This document shows positions 14,153-23,944 of a stretch of DNA of 64,000 bases, piece by piece. The first letter of the stretch is position 1, and every line of letters starts with the position of its first letter. Position numbers and translations under genes: made by a program. The notes beneath the pieces are model-generated. The model worked only from the letters and a program-made list of their open reading frames with translations, ran no database searches and was not told the DNA's origin. The DNA lies in sequence record ON287376.1. One strand, given 5' to 3'.

Positions 14153-15541
14153 CTAGAATAGGTCACGTCGCCAATTCCATTTCTCTGTCTTAACTGCCTT
14201 CCCGTGCATTGCGCTCATCATCAAACTCATGAAAACGTTACCGGTCTCGGTCGCTAATGAGCTCAGAGACTGCCTAGAATCGACGTAGCGCTCACCAAGG
14301 CACTTCACGCAGAAGTTACCATCAACTGTATTACAGAACTGCGGAGAACGCATTACAGTAGGTTTTCCGTAAAACTGCTCAATGTTTGTTGGAGTAACCT
14401 GAACCATCTTACCATTAACAAGTGCGTATGCCCAGAGATAGCCGGAAGCATTATCTGCATCGATGATGTGCTCGACTCCCAAGGTAGAACCGCAATCGTC
14501 TTCTGCAATGTTGGTGTTCAGGAAGAAGCGAGACAAGAACTTCGCAGCCTCACCACCCAGCGCTGTCAAGAAGCCACGGCTGTAAGAACCATCGATAAGT
14601 GAGTTAGCCATCTGCGGTAAACGTTTGATGTCCCATTGCTCTGCCAGGGAACGATCGATAACCGTGATCTTGTTGGGATCGTTAAAGTCACGTTCGATAC
14701 CGTGCATTACGTAGGACTTCATGCGCGTGATGTCAAAGTCTTTACCGTTCTTCAAGAACCCTTTCTCCGGGTCTTGATCCTGGAAGGCTTTATCCATATC
14801 TTTCAGCTCACCCATGATCTTCGCTACGACAGTTGCATCGTGGAGTTGATCCTTGTATTGCTCCAATAACTCGTTACGACGCTTGATGATATTTTTATCG
14901 GTCAAGATCGTGTAAGGAGTAGCAGCAGGGGCAGCCAATTGACACCAGCCAGTTACCGAGTAGGCAGCTTGGTAATATTTCTTTTCCAGATCGTCGGTGT
15001 AGATCTTGGTAGCGTCACGCTCTTCCCCTTGTTCAGGAGTAGAAGTAAGCAACTCAGCGATTTTAGATTCGATAGCACCGATCTTGATTTGACCAGCCAT
15101 GAAAGGAATCGTAGCACCGAAGCTGTGGCAGAGTATAGTTTGGTTCACTACCACGTTACCGTACCAGGTAGTCAGTTCCCGATCTACGTTTACCAGGTCG
15201 CCTTTGTTCAGTGTGATTTCATCTTTGAACCGGAAGAACGGATAGTTTAACCGGACTTCTTGGAGAGGTTCCCAGGCTTGCGTATCACGATCGAAGAAGA
15301 CCACGCGGTCATCGTCTTTGAAGAGTTGATACGGATAGCGTTCGAACGCATAGCGATCAGGTTCGTTGTCGTAGACAATCTTTCCGTAAGGATCCTGAAT
15401 CATTAGCTCTTTAGCCGTGATGAGGTTTTCTACCTCAGGACGATTAGGGAGCGCAACCATGGCGAAACATTCTACCATCCATTCCTTGTATTGGTAGGCA
15501 CCCGCACGGAGCGCCTTAAGGAAGTAATCTCGCTTAAGCAT
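14153..15541 (-). CDS. Split RNA polymerase beta-prime C-terminal subunit (virion RNAP; phiKZ gp80-like)
   Basis: IAEDDCGS; MRSPQFC...FCVKCLG zinc site; MSAMHG trigger-loop-like motif; start moved to ATG 15541, coupled to upstream stop. Confidence 0.88.
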   Translation of the reverse strand: MLKRDYFLKALRAGAYQYKEWMVECFAMVALPNRPEVENLITAKELMIQDPYGKIVYDNEPDRYAFERYPYQLFKDDDRVVFFDRDTQAWEPLQEVRLNYPFFRFKDEITLNKGDLVNVDRELTTWYGNVVVNQTILCHSFGATIPFMAGQIKIGAIESKIAELLTSTPEQGEERDATKIYTDDLEKKYYQAAYSVTGWCQLAAPAATPYTILTDKNIIKRRNELLEQYKDQLHDATVVAKIMGELKDMDKAFQDQDPEKGFLKNGKDFDITRMKSYVMHGIERDFNDPNKITVIDRSLAEQWDIKRLPQMANSLIDGSYSRGFLTALGGEAAKFLSRFFLNTNIAEDDCGSTLGVEHIIDADNASGYLWAYALVNGKMVQVTPTNIEQFYGKPTVMRSPQFCNTVDGNFCVKCLGERYVDSRQSLSSLATETGNVFMSLMMSAMHGKAVKTEKWNWRRDLF

Positions 15542-16376
15542 AGACAAACTCCGGGAGAGGCAGGGAAGCAATTTTACGGGTGACGGCTAACAGCTCAGCA
15601 CCGTTGTAGTAGAACTCCATCTTAGAAGCCACGTTGGTTCTGACTTCATCTGGAGGAGTATCCGAAGCAATTGCTGAGAACAGAGCGTACTTAGCAATCA
15701 GTTCGCTATCGGTCGGTTTGAGATAACCCAGGAAATAATCCAGGTAGTTATCCATAGGCTCGCCAATAATACCGCCTTCAGTAAAGTAGGTACGGGCAGA
15801 TTCGATTTGGAGTTCCTGAAGAGCCAAACGAACACGCTCAACCAGCAGAGCATCGGCACTAGGGATTTGTTCATCGAATTGATAAGCGAGGTCAGCAAAG
15901 GCATCTTTCCATTGACGAACCAAGGTAGTCGATACGTCTTCGATGAAATCGAGCAAGCGCTCTTGCTGAATCTCAGGACTCACCGTACCGAGGATACTGA
16001 CTACCGTTTCTTTGGCTGTCAGACCTTCATCAAGGAGATTACTGAGCGTAGCCATGTCTTCGTATTGGTCAACGCGGTAAAGTGCTTTAAGCGTATCGCC
16101 AAGCAGGAATAGCGCATCGCGATAATCCATGTCATCAGCCAGGTAAACGCCAAAGTCTTCGATACCTTCGGTAACAACCTGAATAAGGAAGTTATCCAAC
16201 TGTTCACGGTTGTTGGTGGTGTCGTAACTGTCCATGAACCCGACGAACTGACTGAGGTTCATTTCCATCAATGAGGGGTCTAATTGCATCAAGAAAGGGA
16301 GCAACCCTTTATATGCCGATACCCTTTCAGGCGAGTTAGTCTTTTCGACGTAACTCATTAAGTCTTCTAAGATCAC
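15534..16376 (-). CDS. Conserved virion protein (phiKZ gp79-like by size and synteny)
   Basis: 280 aa, co-oriented and overlapping the vRNAP beta-prime gene. Confidence 0.6.
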   Translation of the reverse strand: MILEDLMSYVEKTNSPERVSAYKGLLPFLMQLDPSLMEMNLSQFVGFMDSYDTTNNREQLDNFLIQVVTEGIEDFGVYLADDMDYRDALFLLGDTLKALYRVDQYEDMATLSNLLDEGLTAKETVVSILGTVSPEIQQERLLDFIEDVSTTLVRQWKDAFADLAYQFDEQIPSADALLVERVRLALQELQIESARTYFTEGGIIGEPMDNYLDYFLGYLKPTDSELIAKYALFSAIASDTPPDEVRTNVASKMEFYYNGAELLAVTRKIASLPLPEFVYA

Positions 16377-16410
16377 GTGATGACCCTCAACGTTATTGAA
16401 TAAATATTTA

Positions 16411-16425
16411 CATAGGTACCGTATG
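16411..16425. promoter_or_regulatory. Back-to-back TATG late-promoter motifs in a divergent spacer
   Basis: CATA-GGTACC-G-TATG quasi-palindrome between divergent genes. Confidence 0.5.
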
Positions 16426-16468
16426 AGATGTAGTCTTTTATATCAAAATTCTGATAAAGGAAAATAAG

Positions 16469-16882
16469 ATGCCAGTAAGCCGAAAACCTCGTAAGAAAAC
16501 GAAGGCGGTGAAAGCTACATCTCGCCCCGAAGTAACCAGGGAAAAAGTCCTGGAACAAATCGAAGTAATCCGCCAGAAGCTGATTGAAATTTATCAACTT
16601 CTCGCTTATTACACCAAGCTGAAAGAAGCCGGGACCGTACCGGAAGACCAGCTGGAGTTATTCTCCGAAAAGATTCATACGATTGGCCAAGAGTTCAACA
16701 CTTATGCGACCAGTCTGGCTAAGTTTAAGAAAGAAGTGGAAGCTTTGGAAATAGGCTCAGACTGCGACCACTTGCGCGAAGTACTTAGTGAGTACCTTGT
16801 CAGGATGTCAGCTTTCCTGGTGCCAATGGCAGAGTGTACTGATATTATCCTTAAAGTAGAAGGAAAGAAAGATGTCAACTGA
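16469..16882 (+). CDS. Hypothetical coiled-coil protein (137 aa)
   Basis: AAGGA RBS; basic N-terminus MPVSRKPRKKTK; helical heptads. Confidence 0.75.
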   Translation: MPVSRKPRKKTKAVKATSRPEVTREKVLEQIEVIRQKLIEIYQLLAYYTKLKEAGTVPEDQLELFSEKIHTIGQEFNTYATSLAKFKKEVEALEIGSDCDHLREVLSEYLVRMSAFLVPMAECTDIILKVEGKKDVN

Positions 16883-18617
16883 TTTAACTCCAGGCATGGA
16901 TGTAACCCCGCCTATCGACAACGAACAACCGGCAGCAGAACAAGTTATTGCTCCGGGAGTGGAAGTAGAAAAGAAGAACATCTTCGACGACTACGAAGTC
17001 GAAACTGATGAACTTCCACCAACTATGCAGGTTGAACAACCAGCGCCGGTTGAGAAAGAAACTCCGGTAGAAATCCCGGAAGCAGATGTACCGGTAAAAG
17101 AACCGGAGCCTATTGAGGATCCTATCTATCCGGTAGAAGACGGTACCCTGAAGATTCAAGGTGACGTCTATAAACTGATCGACTCCAAAACCGGCGTGCA
17201 GTCCGGCATGGTATTGTTGAACACCACGCGTGAAGACTTCAACAACAAAACCGAACGCATGAGCGAAGAAGAAAGTAACAACATGGAAATTCTTCCGTTC
17301 CTGCTGACTGGTACCAGTGCCCAAGACACCGCTTACCCAGGCGAAGGTCTGATCAAAGCTACAACTCGTATCGGTAGCCGCTGGCGTCAATACCTGACCC
17401 AGGCTAACGACTCAACGCAACTGGGCCCTCGTCGCCATCGCTTTGCGCTGACTAAAGAACAAGGCGCAGTAGTAAGTGGCCACGGTGCAGTAGACCTCTT
17501 CATGGCAGGTACTAACCTGGGTCGCTCCGTACAGATCCCTCTGTGGCATTCTGGCTTCTGGGTAACTCTGCGCGCACCAACGGGTGCTTACCTGGCAGAG
17601 ATCGACCGTGCTCTGGCTTTCTCCCGTGAAGAGATCGGCCTGGATACTAACGGTGCTGTTGGTTCTAACGATGCGTTGGTATTCGACGAAGTTCTGTTGG
17701 ACTCCGCATTGAAGTTGGTAACCAGCTCTACTCTGCCATTCTCCAAGAACCCATTGGAGCTGAAAGAGTTCATCGCTAAGAATGATATCCCGGTACTCAT
17801 CTGGGGTATGGCGATGGCTGCATTCCCTGACGGTACTCCGATTGCAATTCCATGCGCCGAGTGCCACGATGTACAAACTGTTCATGCAAACCCGCTGCGC
17901 ATGTTCTGGGTTGATGAGTCTCGCTTCACTGCGAAGCAACTGGCTCACATGGGCCGCACCAATAAAGTCCAAACGAAAGTTGAAGACTTGGTTAAGTACC
18001 ATGAAGAGTTCGAAATCCTGAACACTGCTAACTGGGAATACAACGGTCGTGTGTTCTACTTCAACGATCCGTCTGCAGATGAGTACCTGGTACGTGGCCG
18101 CGAGTGGATCAGTTCGATTAACCGCGCACTGTCAGAATCTCTGCGTTCTCAATACGATGATGCTGAGCACCGTGCCGCAGCAGTTCAGTCGGCGCTGTCT
18201 ACCGAAGACCTGTGCCGCTTTGCACATTACATCAAAGAGATCAAGGTCCCGTCCCAGGATCACGAAGGTGGTTACTACCTGATTCAGGACATGCCTACTA
18301 TCATTGATGTCCTCCGTCAACTGGCCGCAGACGCGAAAGGTTCCATGGAACTGATGGGCGCTATCAACGACTTCGTCAATGACTCCATTGGTGCGTTGGT
18401 TGGGTTCCCTAACGTCGCTTGTCCAAGCTGTGGTAAATACCACTTGAACAAGAAAGGAGAAAGCACGGTTATCGTTCCGTTTAACCCTGCCACCGGTTTT
18501 TTTACCCTTGCACAACACAGGATCCGCGTCTCGGGTGGAATACCACTGACAAACCTACAGACATTAGGAGTGAGCGCTTTGGTAACCAGGGTCTCGGAGA
18601 GCGGGCTGCCGGTATAA
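16872..18617 (+). CDS. Putative baseplate-hub/tail assembly chaperone (T4 gp26/gp51-like CxxC protein)
   Basis: AAGGAAAG RBS; acidic/Pro-rich N-terminus; IPCAECH and ACPSCGK zinc motifs. Confidence 0.5.
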   Translation: MSTDLTPGMDVTPPIDNEQPAAEQVIAPGVEVEKKNIFDDYEVETDELPPTMQVEQPAPVEKETPVEIPEADVPVKEPEPIEDPIYPVEDGTLKIQGDVYKLIDSKTGVQSGMVLLNTTREDFNNKTERMSEEESNNMEILPFLLTGTSAQDTAYPGEGLIKATTRIGSRWRQYLTQANDSTQLGPRRHRFALTKEQGAVVSGHGAVDLFMAGTNLGRSVQIPLWHSGFWVTLRAPTGAYLAEIDRALAFSREEIGLDTNGAVGSNDALVFDEVLLDSALKLVTSSTLPFSKNPLELKEFIAKNDIPVLIWGMAMAAFPDGTPIAIPCAECHDVQTVHANPLRMFWVDESRFTAKQLAHMGRTNKVQTKVEDLVKYHEEFEILNTANWEYNGRVFYFNDPSADEYLVRGREWISSINRALSESLRSQYDDAEHRAAAVQSALSTEDLCRFAHYIKEIKVPSQDHEGGYYLIQDMPTIIDVLRQLAADAKGSMELMGAINDFVNDSIGALVGFPNVACPSCGKYHLNKKGESTVIVPFNPATGFFTLAQHRIRVSGGIPLTNLQTLGVSALVTRVSESGLPV

Positions 18618-18658
18618 TCGAAACCTACCACGGCCTAGGGAGTCTTCAGAGTAAGATA

Positions 18659-18988
18659 ATGTTACGGCGTGCGTACGATCTGGATAACGGGATTTATTCA
18701 GAAGCCTACGACAAAGCGACACCTTACTCTATTATTGAGATGAACCAAGTGGAGGCAGCAGCTAACAAAGGTAAGTTCGTAGAGCTACTGGAGTTCTTCC
18801 GTCTTCATGAAGTGGGTAAGGAGCTAAATATGTCCTTTACTGAATTCATCAATCTCGATAACGACATAATCGAAACCATTAAGTTATGTTGCACGCGTTG
18901 GCGTTCAGAGGATGATAGTGCCACCCGTGAAGCATTGCAGAAAAGTGGGATCGACCCTAGGACGGGTAACCCTATTAAACCCGCGTAG
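18659..18988 (+). CDS. Small protein, possible tail assembly chaperone partner
   Basis: ELNMSFTEFINLD pattern reminiscent of tail chaperone C-terminal domains; directly follows the CxxC protein. Confidence 0.45.
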   Translation: MLRRAYDLDNGIYSEAYDKATPYSIIEMNQVEAAANKGKFVELLEFFRLHEVGKELNMSFTEFINLDNDIIETIKLCCTRWRSEDDSATREALQKSGIDPRTGNPIKPA

Positions 18989-19052
18989 CGATAATGCCGC
19001 TTGGAAACAGGCGGCTAATCCTATGTAATAAACATACCTCAAGGAATTTGCC

Positions 19053-19715
19053 ATGAGCAAAAACAGACAAGACCGTATGCGTAGCCGTATGGCTGAAGCA
19101 AACGAACTTTCGGATCAAGCCTCCAAAGTAGAGCAAGACCGAGTCAATACCCGCGAAGTACCGGAAGGCACCGACAGCGCTGCCAGCGTTGCTCAGGACT
19201 CTCCGATTGGTGTATCTGTACAAACAGCTGCCCCTGAGCAAACAGCTCAGGTTAAGACTGTTGCTGACGTTTACGCCGGTAAGAGCGACACTGTTCGTTC
19301 TATCATTATCCATCTGGAAACCTACACGCAGGAAATGGCGCCGGGCCGTTACATGACTCCTGACCAAATCCTGAGCAATCAGAAAATGCTGTTCCGCAAT
19401 CTGCAGCAACTGGTTAACCTGCCAGACGCCGGCGAGTTCGCTATCTGCTTCAGCCGCCTGCTGAAACTGGTAAACGAAAACCGCAACAAAGCATTCGCTA
19501 TCAACATGGTGATGCGTAACATGTCTGCGATGCCTCAGGGCGATAACCAGCTGAACAACTACCGTTTCTTCCTGGACACGGTAATCGCGTTCTCTGATCC
19601 GGCACATCGCCGTCTGAACATCAAAAAATGGAACCTGCAACAAGCGTCTCTGTTTGCCCTGCCGGCATTCCGTGATCGCCTGGCCGGATTCATTCGTGAG
19701 ATCTGCGGCGAGTAA
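19053..19715 (+). CDS. Conserved hypothetical protein (220 aa), highly expressed-type codon usage
   Basis: AAGGA RBS; upstream hairpin (18996-19015) plus CTATGT; CTG/AAC/TTC-rich codons. Confidence 0.75.
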   Translation: MSKNRQDRMRSRMAEANELSDQASKVEQDRVNTREVPEGTDSAASVAQDSPIGVSVQTAAPEQTAQVKTVADVYAGKSDTVRSIIIHLETYTQEMAPGRYMTPDQILSNQKMLFRNLQQLVNLPDAGEFAICFSRLLKLVNENRNKAFAINMVMRNMSAMPQGDNQLNNYRFFLDTVIAFSDPAHRRLNIKKWNLQQASLFALPAFRDRLAGFIREICGE

Positions 19716-19721
19716 TAACGT

Positions 19722-19766
19722 CATATCCCCTCCTACAGACTTCGCGGTCTGTAGGAGGGATTTATG
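19722..19766. terminator. Bidirectional terminator
   Basis: CAT-ATCCCCTCCTACAGAC-TTCGCG-GTCTGTAGGAGGGAT-TTATG, 15-bp stem with one bulge. Confidence 0.85.
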
Positions 19767-20277
19767 CGTTCGCTTTAACGAAGGTAGACTTTGCTGCGTA
19801 GAACCCTAACTTAGTCAGGAATCCCATTAGTGAGACTGAGGATAGGTACCCAGAGATTTCAACCATAGACCAATCTTCGGCGTGGATGAATCCATCGACC
19901 AGATAGCGTCCAGCTCCTTTGTTTCGATGCTCAGGTAGAACAAATACCCGATCAATAATAATTTTCTTAATACCTTCATCCGTTGTTTCCTTTCTTGCAT
20001 TAATGAAGCCAATTGGTAGCTCATTGTCATAAACAAAGTAATTGCGTCTAGTGACATCGTCACCCCAGTAATGAAGAATGTGTTCTCGATTGCCACCTAG
20101 GCTAAACGGTCGATAACCAACCGATTCCTCTATAGCGACTTGGTATTCCTTGTAGGCTTCCTTTGCCAGTCGTGCGTATTGCAACTCTCGACGAGAGCCA
20201 AGTATCTTTCCAGACACTTCACGAAAAACAAGTAGGGTGGAACCCACCCTACGTTGTGTTCTTAACAAAGTTCGCAT
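19762..20277 (-). CDS. GNAT family acetyltransferase
   Basis: IDRVFVLPEHRNKGAGRYLV motif A; FLTKLGF; start overlaps the DNA polymerase stop. Confidence 0.85.
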   Translation of the reverse strand: MRTLLRTQRRVGSTLLVFREVSGKILGSRRELQYARLAKEAYKEYQVAIEESVGYRPFSLGGNREHILHYWGDDVTRRNYFVYDNELPIGFINARKETTDEGIKKIIIDRVFVLPEHRNKGAGRYLVDGFIHAEDWSMVEISGYLSSVSLMGFLTKLGFYAAKSTFVKANA

Positions 20278-22022
20278 TAAGCGATACCTTTAGCTGCTTT
20301 GAATCGTTGCAGTAATTGCATAGCCGTCGGAGCGTTACAAACATTGACCATGATATCAACCGAGTTAACTTTACCAGAGACTAAGTTAAGACCTGCACGT
20401 CGTTGTTCTTCCATACTGACACCACGGATACGACACATTGCCCACTTGGTAGTTTCCTGAGACAAGTTCATCCAAACACCAGTAGACGGATAAGAAGACT
20501 TAACGTCGATATCCAGAACCCAACGAATGATCTTAGTGACCGAGTTAGGCATGTCTTCCAGTAGTTTGTTACCCATGTCAGGGTGAACCATGTGAGCCGA
20601 TAGCGTAGAGATCCAACCGTCCAACGGAACGAGATGTTTATCCATCTCTTTTTCCATCTTATCGGAAACACCACTCAAGATATAACCACGATCCAGTAAG
20701 TCGAAGTAGAAGTCATCTGCTAACTTACGGCCTTGAGAACCATAAGAGTGCAAATCACTGTAACCACATTGAGCCGGGAAGGTGGAACGTAAGTCGAGTG
20801 TTACTTCGTCCAACAATTGTGCACCGATGTTATCGAACATGTTGTACACGCAATAAAAGATCTTGTTGTGACGTTGCATGTGTTTGTGCCAGTCCAGGCC
20901 TGTCGCGCGTAGATCGCCATCGCCTTTTAACTTACCAAACCCAAAGGTCTTCTCCAAGATTTTACCCAAGGCATAAGAGGACTCTTTGTTAAGGTGTTTA
21001 CGTACAGCACGACGAACAGACATCTGGTCGACCCAGAAGAAGTTACTAGGGCAGTGAACTTTGTGCCAACGGTCACACGGGTCTTTTGACTCAGCAACAC
21101 CGTTTGCATCAAATACCTTAGCCGCACCTTCAATCAATTTGAAGTAACGGAAGTCCTTAGGAACTTTAGGATCGCAGAAGATCTCTTCTGGAGTAAAACC
21201 ACGACGCTCAATTGCCTGAATCATTTTACCGGTATCGTACGGTAAGTTCCAGATGGACAGCATGTCAGGCTTAAGAACGTTGTGCAATTTATCGAAGATC
21301 GCTTGAACTGCTTCGAACTCATCGTCGACAATCTCGACGTGGATATTAAAGTCGTGAACAATGCCACGTTTAGAGAAGAAGTCAAATCCTTCTTTACGAT
21401 TATCGATTTCATGCAGAATAGGTTTTACTTCACGCTCGTAACACGCCTTAACCTCTTCGACGAAGTTAGGGTTTGTTCCGGCGTAGTGTTTGGTAACGAA
21501 TTGATAAACTTCATTACCGCATGACACAGAGATCATGTTGATCTTGTTAGTACCGTAAGTCACATCGAATTCGATATCGAGGTGAGCAACACGATACTCT
21601 GACTTTAAGTCAGGATACTTGTTCATGTAAGCGTGCTTAAGAAGAACCGTAGAGGTTACATCCGTACCATAAAGGTAAGGGTTACGGTTTAACATCTTAA
21701 GGCCGCCACGCATTTTCAATTTACGTTGAATGTCACCGACCATTTCAGCCTGAGTACATTCATAACGACGAACGTTATCCAGTTTCTCCCAGACACGTTT
21801 GTCTTTGTGACGACGTTGAGATTCCAGCGTAATGAAATAAGGACGCTGGTAGTTACGGATGAAGCGAAGGTTAGGTAACTTACGTCCATCCTTCAAGTGA
21901 ACTACTTCTTTAATGACTACTAAGTCATCGGAATAACTATCTTGCTTTGGTGCGTAAGACGCGTGCTTGAACTCAAAACCAAGGATATCATCTTTGGTGA
22001 AAGCGGGTTTTACTTGAGACAT
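20277..22022 (-). CDS. Split family-B DNA polymerase, 3'-5' exonuclease + palm motif A part (phiKZ gp82-like)
   Basis: HLDIEFD (ExoI); IWNLPYD (ExoII); YNMFD (ExoIII); LDIDVKSSYPS (motif A). Confidence 0.88.
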   Translation of the reverse strand: MSQVKPAFTKDDILGFEFKHASYAPKQDSYSDDLVVIKEVVHLKDGRKLPNLRFIRNYQRPYFITLESQRRHKDKRVWEKLDNVRRYECTQAEMVGDIQRKLKMRGGLKMLNRNPYLYGTDVTSTVLLKHAYMNKYPDLKSEYRVAHLDIEFDVTYGTNKINMISVSCGNEVYQFVTKHYAGTNPNFVEEVKACYEREVKPILHEIDNRKEGFDFFSKRGIVHDFNIHVEIVDDEFEAVQAIFDKLHNVLKPDMLSIWNLPYDTGKMIQAIERRGFTPEEIFCDPKVPKDFRYFKLIEGAAKVFDANGVAESKDPCDRWHKVHCPSNFFWVDQMSVRRAVRKHLNKESSYALGKILEKTFGFGKLKGDGDLRATGLDWHKHMQRHNKIFYCVYNMFDNIGAQLLDEVTLDLRSTFPAQCGYSDLHSYGSQGRKLADDFYFDLLDRGYILSGVSDKMEKEMDKHLVPLDGWISTLSAHMVHPDMGNKLLEDMPNSVTKIIRWVLDIDVKSSYPSTGVWMNLSQETTKWAMCRIRGVSMEEQRRAGLNLVSGKVNSVDIMVNVCNAPTAMQLLQRFKAAKGIA

Positions 22023-22159
22023 GTAAACCTCATCGAATAAAATAAAAATCTTCTACACCAATAGACCAAGACATTTTTTCCTACACCACCCCGCAAGACG
22101 GCCCTTTCTTGTGTAGCCCTATTTCCTTTATTGTACCTCAAAGAGGCGAGGAATTTGTA

Positions 22160-23482
22160 ATGAATAACCAGTGGTTTAAACCGGCTTCAGTCGTCTCTGT
22201 AGAGGCAATTGATTTCCAAACAGCTGATGTCTTGTGCCGTGAACTTGAAGTTCTCGTAGAGGAATATCGTTTCTCTAAAAGCAAAGACGTTCCAGCTGCC
22301 GAACGTAATAAAGTTTTCTCTGACCTGGCCGCGAAAGTAATCGGCAAACGTATTAAGGCTAAGAAAGTTACCGTCGATGTTGTCAACGCTGACTCGACTT
22401 ATAACGCCTACGCCATGCCGCCAGATCTGGCTAAAAGCTCTGTTCTGATCAAAAGTTATTTCGGTCTGATGGAACAAGCATCTGCAGGTAAGAACGCAAT
22501 CAAACGCGACGCTAACGCAATCGGTTGGGTTGATCTGCGCAAAGTAGAACTGGGCGGTATCTTCCAAGAGATCCCAATCCGTCTCGGCGTGTACAGCGCA
22601 GTCATCGGTAACGAGTACATGACTCCAGCCGAAGCTGTCGGCGTAATCATGCACGAAGTAGGTCACATCTTTACCTACTACGAAATGCTTTCTACTGCAA
22701 TCTCCACCGCGCTGGTATTGCAGGATTCTGTTAGTCGCCTGATGAAAACCAACAGCGACGAGCAGCGTGTTAAACTTGTCCACAAACTGGAAACTGATTA
22801 CGACATCCGTTTCGAAAATGCGAACGAGTTGGTAACGGCTGAGTCCACCGAAGTCATGACGGTTAACATCATGTCTGAGCTCAACGAGAAGATTCGTTCT
22901 GAGTTTGGTTCTACCATCTACGATAAACGTAGCTGGGAATCTATCTCTGACCAATTCGCCTCTCGCATGGGCTGCACGGTAGCTCTGGCTACTGGCCTGG
23001 AGAAGATCCTCCGTATGGGTGAAGCCTCCTCGTTCATGTCCGGATTCTCGTTCTATTCCCTGGAAGTAATTAAGACCATTCTGTTCCTGGGATCAATGGG
23101 TCTGGGTATTGCAGTTGGCCCTGCCGGCATCGCACTGAACGTCTTTATCCTTTCCTTGATGGCCATCATCAACCCGCATGAGCGTCTTTACGACCGTCCG
23201 CGCGAACGTATCATCCGTATGCGTAACGAAGTTGTCCTGAAGATGAAGAACAAAGATATCCCGGTTGAAATCCGTAAATCTCTGGCCGAAGACCTTCAGG
23301 TTATCGACCACGTTCTGGAAGGTCTGACCGACCGTGAAACTTTCGTCGAGAAAGTATGGCTGCTGGTTTCGCCATCTACTCGCCGTCAGAAAAAGATTAC
23401 CAAGGAACTTCAGGAACTGGAGTCTCTGGTTAACAACAGCCTCTTTGCTCGTGCAAATTCATTAAAACTCCTGGAAGGGTAA
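22160..23482 (+). CDS. Virion head protein with HEXXH metallopeptidase motif and hydrophobic segment
   Basis: GAGGA RBS before ATG 22160; VSVE|A site; MHEVGH...ESISDQFASRMG; hydrophobic stretch ILFLGSMGLGIAVGPAGIALNVFILSLMAII. Confidence 0.7.
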   Translation: MNNQWFKPASVVSVEAIDFQTADVLCRELEVLVEEYRFSKSKDVPAAERNKVFSDLAAKVIGKRIKAKKVTVDVVNADSTYNAYAMPPDLAKSSVLIKSYFGLMEQASAGKNAIKRDANAIGWVDLRKVELGGIFQEIPIRLGVYSAVIGNEYMTPAEAVGVIMHEVGHIFTYYEMLSTAISTALVLQDSVSRLMKTNSDEQRVKLVHKLETDYDIRFENANELVTAESTEVMTVNIMSELNEKIRSEFGSTIYDKRSWESISDQFASRMGCTVALATGLEKILRMGEASSFMSGFSFYSLEVIKTILFLGSMGLGIAVGPAGIALNVFILSLMAIINPHERLYDRPRERIIRMRNEVVLKMKNKDIPVEIRKSLAEDLQVIDHVLEGLTDRETFVEKVWLLVSPSTRRQKKITKELQELESLVNNSLFARANSLKLLEG

Positions 23483-23488
23483 TTAACG

Positions 23489-23929
23489 ATGAACCGCCAA
23501 TTCGTTCAAGAAGTAACTGCTACACTGACTAAGCAGGTCGGTGTAAAACGCTCCGCAGTGAGCCAGGCTCTGCTGCTTACTCTGGCCTACGGCCTGCTGA
23601 TCCCGCCACAGATCTCGGAAGACCCAGCTGCTTATTACCAAGAACATTACGAAGACAAAGTACGTCGCTTCGTAAACGAGTTCAATGAGCGCTACCTGAT
23701 CGACGTGGGTATGGTTATCGAAGGTACTCGCCAAGTCTGGCTTGATCGTTACCGCGCCAACTATATCCACGACGAAGGTCAGATCACCGACTTCCTGGCA
23801 GGGAATAACCCAGGTCGTAAATATCTGATGAGCATGGATCAGACTCTGGAAGAATCTGCATCTATCGCTAAAGCGGCCGCTGTTCTTTACCCACAGATCT
23901 CCGCGTATCTGATGGGTATCGATAAATAA
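23489..23929 (+). CDS. Putative virion protein (146 aa)
   Basis: In the structural operon, 6-nt spacer from the upstream gene. Confidence 0.65.
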   Translation: MNRQFVQEVTATLTKQVGVKRSAVSQALLLTLAYGLLIPPQISEDPAAYYQEHYEDKVRRFVNEFNERYLIDVGMVIEGTRQVWLDRYRANYIHDEGQITDFLAGNNPGRKYLMSMDQTLEESASIAKAAAVLYPQISAYLMGIDK

Positions 23930-23944
23930 TAGAAGGATGAAATC

